Part shown: positions 62,646 through 64,000 of the stretch, one piece after another | Position numbering within the stretch: the stretch's first letter is position 1 | Layout: the number at the start of each line of letters is the position of its first letter | Origin: a virus | Taxonomy: Duplodnaviria > Caudoviricetes | IMG/VR virus record: IMGVR_UViG_3300031993_000037 | Location: 32,007-96,006 of that record | Strand: one strand, 5' to 3' | DNA: 64,000 nucleotides | Notes under the pieces: model-generated | What the model was told of the DNA's origin: nothing | What the model saw: only the letters and a program-made list of their open reading frames with translations | Database searches by the model: none | Made by a program: the position numbers and the translations under genes

Positions 62646-63308
62646 AAATTACTCCTTATTTTCTTTCGCTGATTACATCTTTGACAATCCAACACAAATC
62701 GTTGATGTCAGCCATATTGTCAAACTTACCAAGACGATACTTGATAATGTCCATTTCTGTTTTGGTAAACGTAGGTTCGACATTGAGTTCTTCACATACG
62801 TTATCCAAATCTTCTTTTGTCAGACAGTCGTAAGTGAGTACATTCTTAAAAACGTGTACATCAACGTCATCTCCAACACAGATCAAAATCATTGATAACT
62901 CCTTAGCAGACTATAACTGCTTCTGCTTTATAATGAGCCTGATTCACTTCGGGATGTTTCACCGAGTAATCAGACTTCATGTCCAAGTGAATGACAAATG
63001 CATTGCCCATGCAATCGACTTCCTTTTTGATGAGCTGCATTTCTTCCTTTTTCAACAAATCATCAGTAAATACATCAGTACATGAATACTTTTCTTTGTA
63101 TTCGTGTATGTCGCATAACTGCCACCCGAAACATGGTGTGTAGATAAACAAACTTACAAGTTTCATCAGATACCTCCAAGCTCGAAAGCCCATTCATCAA
63201 TTATTTCTTCATCTTCTGCAGATAAAGACCCGGCTAATTCAGACTTAACTCTTTCAGCAATCTGTTTCTTCTTACGGTCAGTTTCTTCTGACCACTTATC
63301 AAGTTCTG

Positions 63309-63725
63309 TCATGCAACCACCTCCTCATCAAAATCAACAATTGAATTGTATGAACAACCTTCGAAATCAGTGTAAACATTGCGTTTCACGAAACAGTGTT
63401 CAAGATGTTTTTTCTGAACTTCAAGCATTTTGTCAAACTCTTCTTTTGTTCCACCAACTTTGATGTAGTCACGCAGGTAAGAGTCATAATAACTTTCGCA
63501 ATTGTTATAACCCTTTTTACGATAGAAATCAGAAACACCGCCATAAGCGAAACAACTGTCGAGCATACTTAAAGCGGATAACTGTTCATCAAGACATTTC
63601 TCTTCAACAGTCCACTTCTGATAAGCGTCAGAAAGACATTCACCTTTAAGCAAACCTTTTCTGAAGTTCTCTCTCTGTGCTTCACTTGCACCATTCGGGA
63701 AATAATCGGTAAAACATTTCATTAT
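63309..63725 (-). CDS. Hypothetical protein
   Basis: ORF 63309-63794; AAAGGAG suggests a start near 63722-63728 (end coordinate approximate). Confidence 0.55.
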   Translation of the reverse strand: MMKCFTDYFPNGASEAQRENFRKGLLKGECLSDAYQKWTVEEKCLDEQLSALSMLDSCFAYGGVSDFYRKKGYNNCESYYDSYLRDYIKVGGTKEEFDKMLEVQKKHLEHCFVKRNVYTDFEGCSYNSIVDFDEEVVA

Positions 63726-64000
63726 GCATTCTCCTTTACGATTTCTGCGTATGTTCCGAAAAACTGTTTCTTCATTACAGAAACATCCAACCACAATTCA
63801 TTATCAGATGAAAAAAGGTTGTCCGATTTATAGACAACCTTTCCATCAGTCCAGGATTTCAAAATATAAGATTTCATAAGCACTCCTTACATCATGTCGA
63901 AAAGACTTGAAAGTTCTTCTGCCAAGTTGTCATAAGAACAATGTCTATTTGCACCACCACGATAATCCTTTTCATTTTCTGCAGTTCTGAAAAGTACAGC

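Noticed and set aside
63813-63842. Another AGACAA operator copy
   Set aside because: The arms are in the opposite order (GGTTGTC...GACAACC) with A/T tails, which fits a terminator hairpin better.

Overview
A 64-kb piece of an AT-rich temperate tailed-phage genome. No capsid, portal or terminase genes are visible, so the genome extends beyond the window. Left to right: a giant tail-tip protein and three paralogous fibre genes (1-10243); a small-gene cassette of unknown function (10333-13170); a tyrosine integrase beside an apparently intact attP carrying the 3' half of tRNA-Arg(UCG); a lysis module with overlapping i-/o-spanin-like genes, implying a diderm host (a spirochaete is a guess); shuffled small genes; replication genes (initiator with iterons, DnaC-like loader, DnaB); an XRE repressor, RusA, SSB, MazG-like gene and an aberrant tRNA; a second structural-looking cassette ending in a class-3 lipase; recombination genes (fused SbcD-SbcC, Rad52-like annealase); and many small early genes. 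The standout is 56937-61607 on the minus strand. A stand-alone reverse transcriptase (YSDD) that fits none of the group II intron, DGR or retron signatures leads a co-oriented gene run. That run ends in a ~1-kb non-coding array of eight ~128-bp units. The units share a fold rather than a sequence: a covarying outer stem, a short covarying pseudoknot-type pairing, fixed linker motifs and a different central hairpin in each unit. This looks like a candidate RT plus structured-ncRNA-array system. All calls come from reading motifs by eye; no database search was run.
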